A stretch of 64,000 nt of DNA from an uncultured Cryomorphaceae bacterium (GCA_913009655.1 CAJVWI010000007.1:3682-67681); one strand, 5' to 3'; counted from the stretch's first letter, positions 1 to 9,923 are shown. Notes: generated by a model not told the origin, from the letters alone. Made by a program: numbers and translations.

Positions 1-17
1 TTTAGGTGGTTTTTCTT

Positions 18-974
18 TTAGGATTCTTCATAAACACCCATTTGACAAAATTTCTCAACTCGACTTTTAATCAACTTATCGGTTGGTATGTTTTTTAATT
101 CTTCATATAGGTTAGAAATTGACTCAGACAAGATATTAAACATTTCGCTTGGATTTCTATGTGCTCCTCCTGAAGGCTCATTAATAATACCATCAATTAG
201 CCCATTAGAAAGCATGTCATTTGCTGTCAGCTTGAGAGCCTCTGCAGCTTTCTCTTTGTGGTCCCAGCTTCTCCAAAGAATTGAGGAACAGGACTCTGGG
301 CTGATAACAGAGTACCATGTGTTCTCTAGCATTATGACTTTATCTCCGACGCCAATTCCAAGGGCACCACCAGAAGCTCCTTCTCCAATAATTATACAAA
401 TTATTGGAACTTTTAAACGAGACATTTCTAAAATATTTCGCGCTATCGCTTCTCCTTGTCCTCGTTCCTCAGCCTCAACTCCTGGAAATGCACCAGGTGT
501 GTCAATTAAAGTCACAACGGGTCTGCCAAACTTTTCAGCTTGCTTCATAAGCCTCAATGCTTTTCTATAGCCTTCAGGATTAGGCATCCCAAAATTGCGT
601 AGTTGTCGCATTTTGGTATTTACTCCTTTCTGCTGTCCGATAAAAAGATAGGATTCATCATTAATCATTCCCCATCCACCGACCATTGCTTTATCATCTT
701 TAACGGTCCTATCTCCGTGCAATTCAATAAATGAATTTTTAGTCATTGCTTCCAGGTAAGCAAGTGTATGAGGACGACTGGGGTGTCGACTTAATTGAAC
801 TCGTTGCCAAGCAGTAAGTTTTTCTTTGGTTTCAGCCTGAGCAGATAATAATTTGGATTCAAGCTCTTGAAGGCTTTCTTTCATATCGACACCGCTCTCT
901 ATTTCAAGAGCTTTAGCTTTTTCTATCTGTTTATCAATTTCTTTTATTGAATCTTCAAATTCTAGGTATTCCAT
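18..974 (-). CDS. accA: acetyl-CoA carboxylase carboxyltransferase subunit alpha
   Basis: 318-aa ORF with ATG start. AccA-type motifs [31 protein letters not shown] and [12 protein letters not shown]. Confidence 0.93.
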   Translation of the reverse strand: MEYLEFEDSIKEIDKQIEKAKALEIESGVDMKESLQELESKLLSAQAETKEKLTAWQRVQLSRHPSRPHTLAYLEAMTKNSFIELHGDRTVKDDKAMVGGWGMINDESYLFIGQQKGVNTKMRQLRNFGMPNPEGYRKALRLMKQAEKFGRPVVTLIDTPGAFPGVEAEERGQGEAIARNILEMSRLKVPIICIIIGEGASGGALGIGVGDKVIMLENTWYSVISPESCSSILWRSWDHKEKAAEALKLTANDMLSNGLIDGIINEPSGGAHRNPSEMFNILSESISNLYEELKNIPTDKLIKSRVEKFCQMGVYEES

Positions 975-1054
975 ATTTAATAATGCAAAGTTTAAAATTA
1001 AAGCTTTCCCATTGCCTTTTGTTTAAAATGTGGAAAACTTAGAGTATAAATCTC

Positions 1055-1993
1055 TTATGATTTTTTCGATCTATTAAACAAATAATTTTCCCTTTTTCTT
1101 TTTCTTTTTTTTAGATATGCATCTAAACTTATTACTGCAAGAATAGTAGACGCTCCAAGGTAAAACATTGGATTCATAGTTTCGGTAGAGCCAAAAATAA
1201 TTATAGCTAAGATAATTCCATAAACAGGTTCCATGGCAATTGTTAATACGACGGTAAAAGGAGATAAGTACTTCATTATTCTAACTGATTGCACAAAGGC
1301 AAAGGAAGTACAAACGCTAGCTAAAATTATCAAATATATCCAGTCATTTGGAGTAGGAGATGAAATCACTTGAATTAAGCCGCCATTAAAAGCCAGATAA
1401 ACACCTAAAATAATTGACCCTATTCCCATTTCCCAAATGGAAATATCCAATGGCTTCATTTTATTTACTATTCGGCCATTTAAAACTGAAAATAAAGCAC
1501 TAAGTAAAGCGCTAATTAATCCAAGAGCAATAGCTATCTCATTATCTTGAACAGACTCGATGAGGATAAGCATTCCAGTTACGATACCAAGACCCAATAG
1601 TATTTCAGATATATAAATTTTTCTCTTAAAGAAAATAGGTTCAAGAATGGAAACAAAAAAAGGCCCAGTACTCAGGCAAGCTAATGTTAAAGAGACGTTA
1701 GAGATTTTGATTGTGTGGTAGAAAGTAATCCAATGAAGAACGATAATAATTGAATTCAAAAAAAGTAAAAAGAATAATCGTTTGTTAGGAAATAAGAATG
1801 GTCTTTTTTTAAATTGAAAAAACAAGCCCATAAAAACTGTTGCCAGTGATACCCTATACCACACTATGGGAAGAGCGTCAATACTTATTAATCTGCCTAA
1901 AACTCCTGTAAATCCCCATATGAATACTATTATATGCATCCAGAAATAATGGATCGATATTGGGGAATTGTCATTTGGGGAAATTATCGACAC
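1055..1993 (-). CDS. EamA/DMT-family membrane transporter
   Basis: 312-aa ORF with about ten hydrophobic helices in two similar halves, as in EamA-type carriers. GTG start; there is no in-frame ATG before the first helix. Confidence 0.65.
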   Translation of the reverse strand: MSIISPNDNSPISIHYFWMHIIVFIWGFTGVLGRLISIDALPIVWYRVSLATVFMGLFFQFKKRPFLFPNKRLFFLLFLNSIIIVLHWITFYHTIKISNVSLTLACLSTGPFFVSILEPIFFKRKIYISEILLGLGIVTGMLILIESVQDNEIAIALGLISALLSALFSVLNGRIVNKMKPLDISIWEMGIGSIILGVYLAFNGGLIQVISSPTPNDWIYLIILASVCTSFAFVQSVRIMKYLSPFTVVLTIAMEPVYGIILAIIIFGSTETMNPMFYLGASTILAVISLDAYLKKRKRKRENYLFNRSKKS

Positions 1994-2002
1994 TCGGAAT
2001 TG

Positions 2003-3082
2003 CTATTTTGCGGCTCTGATGTATAGCACAAAGCCTAGAATTGTGAAAAGAAAATTTGGTAGCCAAATGGCCATAAAAGCGCTGAATATAGGGATGGAGA
2101 CAAGTACGCCTCCTAATTGCATGAAAAAGATATAAATTACGGCAATAAGTAAACCAATTGCAATTTGTCCTCCAATACCTCCTCTTCTTTTCTCAGAGGA
2201 CAAAACCACTGCTATAAAAACAAGTATAAATACGGAAAATGGATATGCTATTCTTTTATGCCATTCCATTTCATGAGAAGTTATTGCCTCGGAACCACTT
2301 ATTCTCTCTTTTTTTAAATATTTCAATAATTGAGGGGAGGTCATTGTAGAAGTGCTCCTAAGATCTGGACTTATTGTAGTCGGGTCAAATGCAAAAGATG
2401 TATCTAGCCTGCGGCCACTTTCAAGTTTCATTTCTCCTGACTTCAGCCAGGTTCGCAATGTCCAATTATCAACTTGCCACTGTTTCTGTGAAGTGTCATA
2501 TCGAACAAAGTCAGCCATTAGCTTCTCAATCATTCTGTCATTTTCGAATCTCTCATAACTAAAGTGATAACCACCTAATCTTTCAGGACTCCATGTTTCA
2601 ATATATATATAGTGGTCAGGGAGGACTTGACGGTGGATGTTAATTGGACGTTTAATTATTTTATCTTGAACATAAGTGTCTTCAAAATGAATTCTAGCAA
2701 TATTTGTTTTGGGTATGACAAAATGACTTAGTGTGGAATTGCCGATAAACAATACCAGAGCTCCCAATAGAAAAGGCTTTATGAGTCTTGGAAAAGACAC
2801 GCCTCCAGTTAAAGCCGCGACTATTTCACTGTCTCTGGCCATTCGTCCAGTCACAAAAATAGTCGACAAAAAAACTATTAATGAGCTGAAAGTTGTTCCG
2901 TAAAATGCAAGGAAATTGACGTAATAATCTATGATTATTGTAGATATATCTGCATTTTTATTAATAAAATTATCCACTTTTTGACTGATGTCAAAGACAA
3001 CGGCAATCATCATAACTAACCCTAAAAAAAGAAAGAAACTTCCTAGGAACCTGAAAAATATATAGCGGTCTAAGCGATTCAT
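2003..3082 (-). CDS. LptF/LptG-family (YjgP/YjgQ) lipopolysaccharide export permease
   Basis: 359 aa. N-terminus MNRLDRYIFFRFLGSF is typical of YjgP/YjgQ permeases. Layout is TM cluster, soluble middle domain, C-terminal TM cluster. Confidence 0.8.
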   Translation of the reverse strand: MNRLDRYIFFRFLGSFFLFLGLVMMIAVVFDISQKVDNFINKNADISTIIIDYYVNFLAFYGTTFSSLIVFLSTIFVTGRMARDSEIVAALTGGVSFPRLIKPFLLGALVLFIGNSTLSHFVIPKTNIARIHFEDTYVQDKIIKRPINIHRQVLPDHYIYIETWSPERLGGYHFSYERFENDRMIEKLMADFVRYDTSQKQWQVDNWTLRTWLKSGEMKLESGRRLDTSFAFDPTTISPDLRSTSTMTSPQLLKYLKKERISGSEAITSHEMEWHKRIAYPFSVFILVFIAVVLSSEKRRGGIGGQIAIGLLIAVIYIFFMQLGGVLVSIPIFSAFMAIWLPNFLFTILGFVLYIRAAK

Positions 3083-3095
3083 TTATTCTTTAACC

Positions 3096-4226
3096 TTAAA
3101 GTCGAGATTGTAATTTAGGAATCATACTGTTTTTCCACGAAACAAAATCGCCATGAATAATATGCTTTCGCGCCTCTTCGACTAACCATAAATAAAATCG
3201 TAAGTTATGTAAAGATGCGATTTGTTTACCGAGGGCCTCATTGGAAACAAAGAGGTGTCTTAAATAAGCTTTACTAAAACGATTGTCAACACAGGAATCA
3301 CCATTCGAATCAATAGGGGATAAATCATCAGCCCACTTTGCGTTTTTTATGTTTATTATACCCTCAGAAGTAAATATTTGTCCGTTTCTCGCATTTCTTG
3401 TTGGCATAACACAGTCAAACATATCAACACCTAAGGCTATGTTTTCTAAAATATTAACTGGTGTGCCTACTCCCATTAAGTATCTGGGGCGATCTGTTGG
3501 AAGTATGGAGCATACTTTTTCGGTCATTGCATACATCTCTTCAGCAGGTTCGCCAACGCTAAGACCACCTATAGCATTTCCAAATGCCTCTTTACTGGCT
3601 ACATATTCTGCAGACTGCTTCCTAAGATCAGAATATGTACTTCCTTGAACTATTGGAAATAATGCTTGGCGATAGTCATAAATTCCTTCACTTGAATCCC
3701 AATATTCTATGCACCTATCAAGCCATCGATGTGTCCTTAACATAGCCTCTCGGGCATATGTTTTTTCACATGGGTAATTGGTACATTCATCAAAGGCCAT
3801 GACAATATCGGCTCCAATTTTTCTCTGAATATCCATAACTGATTCTGGAGTGAACATATGTCTGCTTCCGTCGATATGACTTTGGAACTGAACTCCTTCT
3901 TCGGTAATTTTTCTTATATGTTGAAGGCTATGCACTTGAAACCCTCCACTATCGGTTAACATAGGCTTTTTCCAAGTAATGAATTTATGAATTCCTCCTG
4001 CTTTTTCTATAATGTCGGTTCCTGGTCTAAGATATAAGTGATATGTATTGCTCAAGATTATTTGTGCATGTGTATCAATTGTCAAATCCTCAGTGTAAAT
4101 ACTTTTAACGGCACCAGCTGTGCCAACTGGCATAAATATCGGCGTTTGTATTTTACCATGACCTGTATTTAACACTCCAGCTCGAGCTGCGCTCCCTTTA
4201 TCTTGAGATTTTAATTCAAAGTTCAT
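3096..4226 (-). CDS. tgt: tRNA-guanine transglycosylase (queuine tRNA-ribosyltransferase)
   Basis: 376 aa. Motifs LSNTYHLYLRPG, MLTDSGGFQV, VMAFDEC, GGLSVGEP and RYLMGVGTP. Confidence 0.95.
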   Translation of the reverse strand: MNFELKSQDKGSAARAGVLNTGHGKIQTPIFMPVGTAGAVKSIYTEDLTIDTHAQIILSNTYHLYLRPGTDIIEKAGGIHKFITWKKPMLTDSGGFQVHSLQHIRKITEEGVQFQSHIDGSRHMFTPESVMDIQRKIGADIVMAFDECTNYPCEKTYAREAMLRTHRWLDRCIEYWDSSEGIYDYRQALFPIVQGSTYSDLRKQSAEYVASKEAFGNAIGGLSVGEPAEEMYAMTEKVCSILPTDRPRYLMGVGTPVNILENIALGVDMFDCVMPTRNARNGQIFTSEGIINIKNAKWADDLSPIDSNGDSCVDNRFSKAYLRHLFVSNEALGKQIASLHNLRFYLWLVEEARKHIIHGDFVSWKNSMIPKLQSRL

Positions 4227-4230
4227 TCTT

Positions 4231-4238
4231 CAAAATTA
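4231..4238 (-). promoter_or_regulatory. Bacteroidota -7 box (TAATTTTG) for tgt
   Basis: Exact TAnnTTTG on the minus strand, 4 nt upstream of the tgt ATG. Confidence 0.45.
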
Positions 4239-4254
4239 GGTCTTTCATTTGGAC

Positions 4255-4262
4255 TACTTTTG
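4255..4262 (+). promoter_or_regulatory. Bacteroidota -7 box (TACTTTTG) for the GT2-like gene
   Basis: Exact TAnnTTTG, 9 nt upstream of ATG 4272. Its TTG is the ORF-track start at 4260. Confidence 0.45.
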
Positions 4263-4271
4263 TCCAATATT

Positions 4272-5402
4272 ATGGAAACGCTATTCATTTTCGAAACCAA
4301 GGAGTCTATTGAACAAATTTTTTATTTTGGAATTATTGCCTTATCTATTTCAGCTGTTCTATGTTTAAGAATTTCAGTGCCATTTTGGAAGTGGAGACAC
4401 AATGTAACTGGTAAATTAAACGCATCTAACATCGCCTTAATAATAGTTGGTCGAGACGATTTAGTTGGCTTTGAGAATTGGATTAAAGAAACTTCTGTAA
4501 TTGACAAAGATCTTGAAATCATCATCTTAGATGATCAGAGCCAGTATGAAACCTCAATTGCTTTAGAGGTACTCAGTGAAAAAAATAATCTTGTAAATCT
4601 GGTAAAAACTCCAGAAAATCAAAAATTCTGGAATTCTAGAAAACTCGCGATCACATTGGCGTTAAAGTCTACAAACAGGACCAAGGTAGTTTTGGTTGAT
4701 ACTGATTGCTTTGTCCCAAAAGATCCCTTGAGGTGGTTGACTCAATTAACGGAACCGCTAAATAATGGTGCGATAGCAAGCTTTGCTCCTGTAAACGCAG
4801 ATTTGAATCAAAATGCAACTACACGACTGTACTCAGCAGGAGTTAATCTATGGGCGGTTATTAGAGCAATCAGGATATTTAATTACTCATCAACTCGAAA
4901 AATAACAGGTTTGCATTCGGTTAATATCGCATTTTATCGTTCTCATTTTTTTGATGTTAACGGGTTTTTGTCTAGTATGCATGTTGAGGCTGGAGAAGGT
5001 GAGTTTTTATTTAATGATATTAGTCGTTTTGGGGAAATAGTTCCTGTTATAGATCCTTTAGCGTCAATTTTGAAAAATCATAAGCTAAAACCGCAGAAAG
5101 ACCGAAAAGTGCATCGGCATATTTTAGAAAAATTATCTATTATTATTCCCATTTTATTTTTGTTTTTAATTGATATTATGGCATTAATAGTATTTTACAA
5201 TATCCTTTTTGGGAAAGCCACTATTGCGGATCTAATAAAATTAAAAATTATATTATCTGGCTGGGTATTAATTCAATTTATTCTAATTATTTTTTCTTTT
5301 TTTTGGACTAAAAGATATTCAGCTTCTAAAGATGGTATTGTTGCCCCATTTTATCTAAGATGGGTTTTTATTCATAAAATTATATCGCTTTGGAAAAAAT
5401 AA
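4272..5402 (+). CDS. membrane-anchored family-2-like glycosyltransferase (function unknown)
   Basis: ORF track gives 4260..5402. It has an N-terminal TM helix, GT2-like acidic motifs (IIILDDQS, VLVDTDCF) and a C-terminal cluster of TM helices. I moved the start to ATG 4272 because the TTG at 4260 is part of a TACTTTTG -7 box. Confidence 0.5.
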   Translation: METLFIFETKESIEQIFYFGIIALSISAVLCLRISVPFWKWRHNVTGKLNASNIALIIVGRDDLVGFENWIKETSVIDKDLEIIILDDQSQYETSIALEVLSEKNNLVNLVKTPENQKFWNSRKLAITLALKSTNRTKVVLVDTDCFVPKDPLRWLTQLTEPLNNGAIASFAPVNADLNQNATTRLYSAGVNLWAVIRAIRIFNYSSTRKITGLHSVNIAFYRSHFFDVNGFLSSMHVEAGEGEFLFNDISRFGEIVPVIDPLASILKNHKLKPQKDRKVHRHILEKLSIIIPILFLFLIDIMALIVFYNILFGKATIADLIKLKIILSGWVLIQFILIIFSFFWTKRYSASKDGIVAPFYLRWVFIHKIISLWKK

Positions 5403-6013
5403 TCGCCCCTTTGAACTGGCATGAAAATTTTTCTTTTTTAACAGCTGATGCTGTTGATAAGATAAATTCTCTTCCATCCCTTTATGGCTTTTGGAATAAT
5501 CAGATCAATGTGATTTCAAGAAGTGATCAAGATGAAATATGGAAACATCATATCATTCATTCATTGGTTTTAGGAAATTTAATTCCAATATCTAAAGGAC
5601 TTCGTGTCTTAGATCTTGGGACGGGTGGTGGGTTTCCAGGAATTCCCTTAGCTATAGCATTTCCGGAAATCGAATTTATTTTAGTTGATTCAATAGGAAA
5701 AAAAATAAAGGTTGTAAACGCTATTGTGAAAGAATTAAGGTTAGAAAATGTGAGTGCAATTCATTCAAGGGCTGAAAGCCTGGATGATTCTTTTGATATA
5801 ATTATAACACGCGCTGTAGCAAGTATCGAAAAATTAGTTTCTCTCACCAAAAATTTGTTTACTGATAAAAAAGGTGCTTTTATATATGCGTTAAAAGGCG
5901 GGGATTTAACTCATGAAATTCGCGGTCATAAAACCCAAATTTACCCCGTAAATAAATGGCTTAAAGGAAGCTATTTCGATAAAAAATATGTCGTTCGAAT
6001 TAAAGTATTTTAA
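5390..6013 (+). CDS. rsmG: 16S rRNA (guanine527-N7)-methyltransferase
   Basis: 207 aa. Motifs LYGFWNNQINVIS and the SAM-binding VLDLGTGGGFPGIPLAI. TTG start, with no in-frame ATG anywhere in the ORF. Overlaps the upstream gene by 13 nt. Confidence 0.9.
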   Translation: MEKIIAPLNWHENFSFLTADAVDKINSLPSLYGFWNNQINVISRSDQDEIWKHHIIHSLVLGNLIPISKGLRVLDLGTGGGFPGIPLAIAFPEIEFILVDSIGKKIKVVNAIVKELRLENVSAIHSRAESLDDSFDIIITRAVASIEKLVSLTKNLFTDKKGAFIYALKGGDLTHEIRGHKTQIYPVNKWLKGSYFDKKYVVRIKVF

Positions 6014-6265
6014 GCCAGTTTAATTTGAAATATAGTTAATAAAAGGGGGCAGCGAATTCATTTTATTTTACGCGTTGGCATCTTTGAAAAATAGTTCTTT
6101 GAGATAAAGCGAAGCTTTAATTTGGTTGCCCCTCTTAGATCTTTAAGTCTGTGAGTAAATTTTAAATGATTAGCGTTCACATGTCTTCACGCCAAAAAGT
6201 CGTGAGGTCCAGCAAATTTCGGAAAGTGAATTATAAACAAGAGCCAAGCCTACAATAATTGTAAT

Positions 6266-6315
6266 AATCAAAAAAAACTGTACCCATAAATAAAAGCTGT
6301 AGGAATCAAAAAAAA
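6266..6315. repeat. 12-nt direct repeat AATCAAAAAAAA, two copies (6266-6277 and 6304-6315)
   Basis: Read directly from the sequence inside the 453-bp non-coding gap. Significance unknown. Confidence 0.5.
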
Positions 6316-6466
6316 TTGAGATAATTCCTCTAGCACATCTTTCCGGGGCACTTATATTTTAGATATAACTTTCATAATTGTTATTTTCTTTGCTTAGCTA
6401 AGTTTTAAAAAGAAAGTAATAATTGCAATTTTGTTTTCTAATTATGGAAGGGAATTTAAAACGGAA

Positions 6467-8092
6467 TTAGCCCATGTGGGGGTACTTATAGTCTGTGGGA
6501 GGAACTAGTGTTTCTTTTATCGTTCTTGGTGAAACCCATCTTAATAGATTTAGAATCGAACCAGCTTTATCATTGGTTCCTGAGCCTCTTGCACCACCAA
6601 AAGGTTGTTGGCCAACTACTGCGCCAGTGGGTTTATCATTTACATAGAAATTCCCTGCAGCAAACCTTAGCGCATGAGTTGCTTCACTTATCACATTTCG
6701 ATCTTTTGCGAAAATCGCTCCAGTCAGCGCATATTCTGACGTCGTATTCACTAGATCTAATGTTTCATTCCAATCTGAATCAGCGTATACATAAACAGTT
6801 AGCACAGGGCCAAATATTTCTTCACACATTGTTTTTGAAAGAGGGTTTTTTGCCTGAATAATTGTCGGTGAAATAAAATAACCATTTGTCTTATCGTAGT
6901 TTCCGCCTTGTATTATAATTGCATCATTGTTTTGCTCGACATCATCAATATATCCTGAGATTTTATCAAATGCACGTTCATCAATTACGGCAGTAATAAA
7001 GTTAGAAGGGTCTCCTGGACTACCCATTTTAAAACTACCAACTTGATCAATGAGTATTCTTTTCACTTCAGGCCATAGTGACTCTGGGATGTAAGCCCTG
7101 GAAGCTGCTGAGCATTTTTGACCCTGAAATTCAAATGCTCCACGGCTCATACCTGTTGCTATTTCAGCTGGTTCAGCTGAACAATGCGCCAAGATAAAAT
7201 CCTTTCCTCCGGTTTCTCCTACTATTCTAGGGTAGGCTTTGTACAAATCAATATTCTTCCCGATCTCTTTCCATAAATGTTTAAATACTGATGTGGATCC
7301 AGTGAAATGTAAGCCAGCAAAACTCGGATGTTTAAATACCACGTCCCCAAAATCTGGCCCATCAGTGTAAACTAAGTTTATAACACCATCTGGTAATCCA
7401 GCTTTTCTAAATATTTCCATAATTACCCATGAAGAATAAACTTGGCTATCGGCAGGTTTCCAAATAACTACATTGCCCATTAGGGCAGCAGAGGCAGGCA
7501 GGTTACCAGCGATTGCAGTAAAATTAAAAGGTGTTATGGCTACAACAAACCCCTCTAATGCACGATATTCCATCCTGTTCCATAATCCGTCTTGGCTAAC
7601 AGGTTGATTTTCATAAATTTCTTGCATAAAATTGGCGTTGAAACGCAAAAAGTCTGCAAATTCGCATGCAGCATCAATTTCTGCTTGATGAACTGTTTTC
7701 GATTGAGCCAACATTGTTGCCGCGTTAATCTTCGCGCGATAAGATCCGGAGACCATATCCGCCGCTTTAAGGAAAATAGCAGCTCTCTCATTCCACGGTA
7801 AAGATGACCATTCGTCATGAACTGATAGTGATGAATTTATTGCTTCTTCTACATGTCTTTTGGTTCCGTAATGGAATTGACCAATTTTTGTTTTATGATC
7901 ATGTGGTGGACGGCAATCACGAATATCATTAGTCCTAATTTCTTTTCCATTGATAAGCATAGGAATATCTACAGACCCTTTTAACATGGATTCATAAGTT
8001 TCTAGCAGGTTCTCCCGACTCGCAGTTCCGGGTGCATAGCTATCAATTACTTCATTGATTGCCTTTGGGATCTGAAATTTTCCGTTAGCCAT
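6467..8092 (-). CDS. pruA: L-glutamate gamma-semialdehyde (1-pyrroline-5-carboxylate) dehydrogenase
   Basis: 541 aa in the aldehyde dehydrogenase superfamily. Motifs FTGSTSVFKHLW, VGETGGKDF and the catalytic-Cys region FEFQGQKCSAASR. The N-terminus is typical of P5C dehydrogenases. Confidence 0.88.
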   Translation of the reverse strand: MANGKFQIPKAINEVIDSYAPGTASRENLLETYESMLKGSVDIPMLINGKEIRTNDIRDCRPPHDHKTKIGQFHYGTKRHVEEAINSSLSVHDEWSSLPWNERAAIFLKAADMVSGSYRAKINAATMLAQSKTVHQAEIDAACEFADFLRFNANFMQEIYENQPVSQDGLWNRMEYRALEGFVVAITPFNFTAIAGNLPASAALMGNVVIWKPADSQVYSSWVIMEIFRKAGLPDGVINLVYTDGPDFGDVVFKHPSFAGLHFTGSTSVFKHLWKEIGKNIDLYKAYPRIVGETGGKDFILAHCSAEPAEIATGMSRGAFEFQGQKCSAASRAYIPESLWPEVKRILIDQVGSFKMGSPGDPSNFITAVIDERAFDKISGYIDDVEQNNDAIIIQGGNYDKTNGYFISPTIIQAKNPLSKTMCEEIFGPVLTVYVYADSDWNETLDLVNTTSEYALTGAIFAKDRNVISEATHALRFAAGNFYVNDKPTGAVVGQQPFGGARGSGTNDKAGSILNLLRWVSPRTIKETLVPPTDYKYPHMG

Positions 8093-8130
8093 AGTTTATG
8101 AGGAATTAATTAATCTTTTTAATTGAGGTG

Positions 8131-8772
8131 TTAAAGATCGGACTGAATAGTCGGTTGACGAATTATTTCTAAAATTTTTCCACTAGGTTCTGTTAAAATA
8201 GCAGTCAGACCACCACCAATCCAACATCCAGTATCAATTCCCCATGAATTTGACTCTGGGAAAAATCGTGGTTGATTATTGTCTTGAATAATATGCCCAA
8301 ATATTTGAAGTTTTCCAATATTTTTTATTGTAGACCGATTGTTTAAAATACTATTCGGTGAGTCTAAGTCAGTATTATTATTTTGATTTAAAGCGATACC
8401 TGCATGAGTAATGACAATATTATCATTTTCCCAAATAGTGGGTAAGTCGCATATCCATTTCAATGTTTTTTTTACATTGAGCCCTTGTAATCTAATATCT
8501 TTTTTTAGATTTCCCCACTTAGCATATTTTTTACCTTTCAAAAAGGCATTAGAAACCATTTGCTCATGATTCCCTTTTAAAACGATTACCGAGTCAGGGA
8601 ACTTCTTCGATAATTTCCTAAGATAACGCAATGTTCTTCCGCTGTGCAGTCCTTTATGGATCAAATCTCCGATAAGAATTAAAACAGAATCTTCAGGTTT
8701 CCAATAATTCTTGACTAAATTTTTTAATGTGTGAACGCAACCATGAATATCACCGATCACAAGAATATTCAT
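8131..8772 (-). CDS. metallophosphoesterase (ApaH/PP2A-like phosphatase family)
   Basis: 213 aa. Calcineurin-like motifs VIGDIHGC, GDLIHKG and GNHE. Confidence 0.75.
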   Translation of the reverse strand: MNILVIGDIHGCVHTLKNLVKNYWKPEDSVLILIGDLIHKGLHSGRTLRYLRKLSKKFPDSVIVLKGNHEQMVSNAFLKGKKYAKWGNLKKDIRLQGLNVKKTLKWICDLPTIWENDNIVITHAGIALNQNNNTDLDSPNSILNNRSTIKNIGKLQIFGHIIQDNNQPRFFPESNSWGIDTGCWIGGGLTAILTEPSGKILEIIRQPTIQSDL

Positions 8773-8789
8773 AGCTTAAAGTTTAATTT

Positions 8790-9911
8790 TTAGGTGTTAA
8801 GCATAACCGGCATTACAAGCATCAAAAGTTCTTCACCTTCATCAAGGCCACCATCCGGGAGCAGAATCCCTGCCCTATTTGGTGCAGACATTTCGAGAAT
8901 AATTTCATCACTCTCCAAATTGCTTAACATTTCAATAAGAAATCTACTATTGAAGCCAATTTCCATATCTGTTCCTTGGTAGTTGCAGGTTAGCCGCTCA
9001 TTAGCCTTATTAGAAAAATCTAGATCTTCGGCAGAAATATTTAATTCATTGCCAGCAACTTTTAGTTTAACCTGATGGGTCGTCTTGTTTGAGAATATGC
9101 TAATTCGCTTCACACTTGATAATAATGCCATCCGATCTGCTACTAAATGGTTTGGATTATCTTTGGGAATTACCGCCTGAAAGTTCGGGTATTTTCCATC
9201 TATCAGACGACAAAGTAGAGTTACTTCGCCATATGTGAATTGGGCATTTTGATCCGTGTAGGAAATAGAAACATTATTACCACCCGAACCCAAGGTTGTT
9301 TTTAAAAGTGTTAAAGGTTTTTTCGGTAAAATGAGTTCAGCAGTTGAAGGTGCTAAAATATCTTTTCTTGAATACCTGACTAGCTTGTGAGCATCTGTAG
9401 CGACAAATGTGAGTCCTTCATTAGTGAATTGAAAGAAAACTCCGCTCATTACAGGTCTTAAATCATCATTTCCTGCGGCGAAAAGAGTTTTGTTTATTGC
9501 AGTTCCAAGTGTTTTCTCTGATATGTTAATTGAATCTGCCTCATTTAATGATGCTGATTTGGGATACTCAGATGGGTCAACGTATGCCAACGCATATTTC
9601 CCGAAATCACTACTAACTTCAAGGGAATGAGTACTCGAATTCAAGGTGAACGTCAAAGGCTGTTCAGGAAAGCTTTTGACTGTGTCTAGGAGAATCTTAG
9701 CAGGTATAGCCGCTGTGATTTCCTCAGATGAGTCAACAGCAAGAGCTGTAGTCATAGTGGTTTCTATATCTGAAGCAGTAATAGTTAATTTCCCAGGGGT
9801 CAGATGAACAAGGAAGTGGTCAAGAATTGGAAGAGTATTATTCGACTGAATCACTCCACTAACAGTTTGAAGTGAACGCAATAACTTGCTGCTGGATACT
9901 ATAAATTTCAT
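8790..9911 (-). CDS. dnaN: DNA polymerase III subunit beta (sliding clamp)
   Basis: 373 aa. The N-terminus MKFIVSSSKLLRSLQTVSGVI, the three-domain length and the C-terminal LMLVMPVML-type tail are all typical of DnaN. Confidence 0.93.
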   Translation of the reverse strand: MKFIVSSSKLLRSLQTVSGVIQSNNTLPILDHFLVHLTPGKLTITASDIETTMTTALAVDSSEEITAAIPAKILLDTVKSFPEQPLTFTLNSSTHSLEVSSDFGKYALAYVDPSEYPKSASLNEADSINISEKTLGTAINKTLFAAGNDDLRPVMSGVFFQFTNEGLTFVATDAHKLVRYSRKDILAPSTAELILPKKPLTLLKTTLGSGGNNVSISYTDQNAQFTYGEVTLLCRLIDGKYPNFQAVIPKDNPNHLVADRMALLSSVKRISIFSNKTTHQVKLKVAGNELNISAEDLDFSNKANERLTCNYQGTDMEIGFNSRFLIEMLSNLESDEIILEMSAPNRAGILLPDGGLDEGEELLMLVMPVMLNT

Positions 9912-9923
9912 ACTACAAAGTAA

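Noticed and set aside
88-570. A long ORF (160 aa) antisense to accA. Similar long antisense ORFs occur at 33709-34119 (ftsH), 48996-49511 (pheT, 171 aa) and 55600-56112 (double GT, 170 aa).
   Set aside because: All lie entirely inside well-supported conserved genes on the opposite strand. Their translations are low-complexity and Ser/Leu/Ile-rich, typical of the antisense frame of real genes. None has a recognisable motif or a promoter box.
6041-6060. GGGGGCAGCGAATTC, which superficially resembles a tmRNA 5' end (GGGGCUGAUUC..).
   Set aside because: There is no tRNA-like 3' end (T-arm plus ..TCCACCA), no tag-peptide reading frame, and no matching acceptor-stem complement within the next 450 nt.
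6166-6258. A 30-codon, very basic plus-strand ORF (MISVHMSSRQKVVRSSKFRKVNYKQEPSLQ) in the large non-coding gap.
   Set aside because: It has no promoter box upstream and no similarity to any small ribosomal or regulatory protein I know. It is too short to support from sequence alone. It is covered by the finding on the gap rather than called as a gene.
6014-9911. Whether the AT-rich gap near dnaN could be oriC.
   Set aside because: I find no cluster of TTATCCACA-like DnaA boxes in 6014-6466. dnaA is absent from the window, and dnaN is separated from the gap by two genes.
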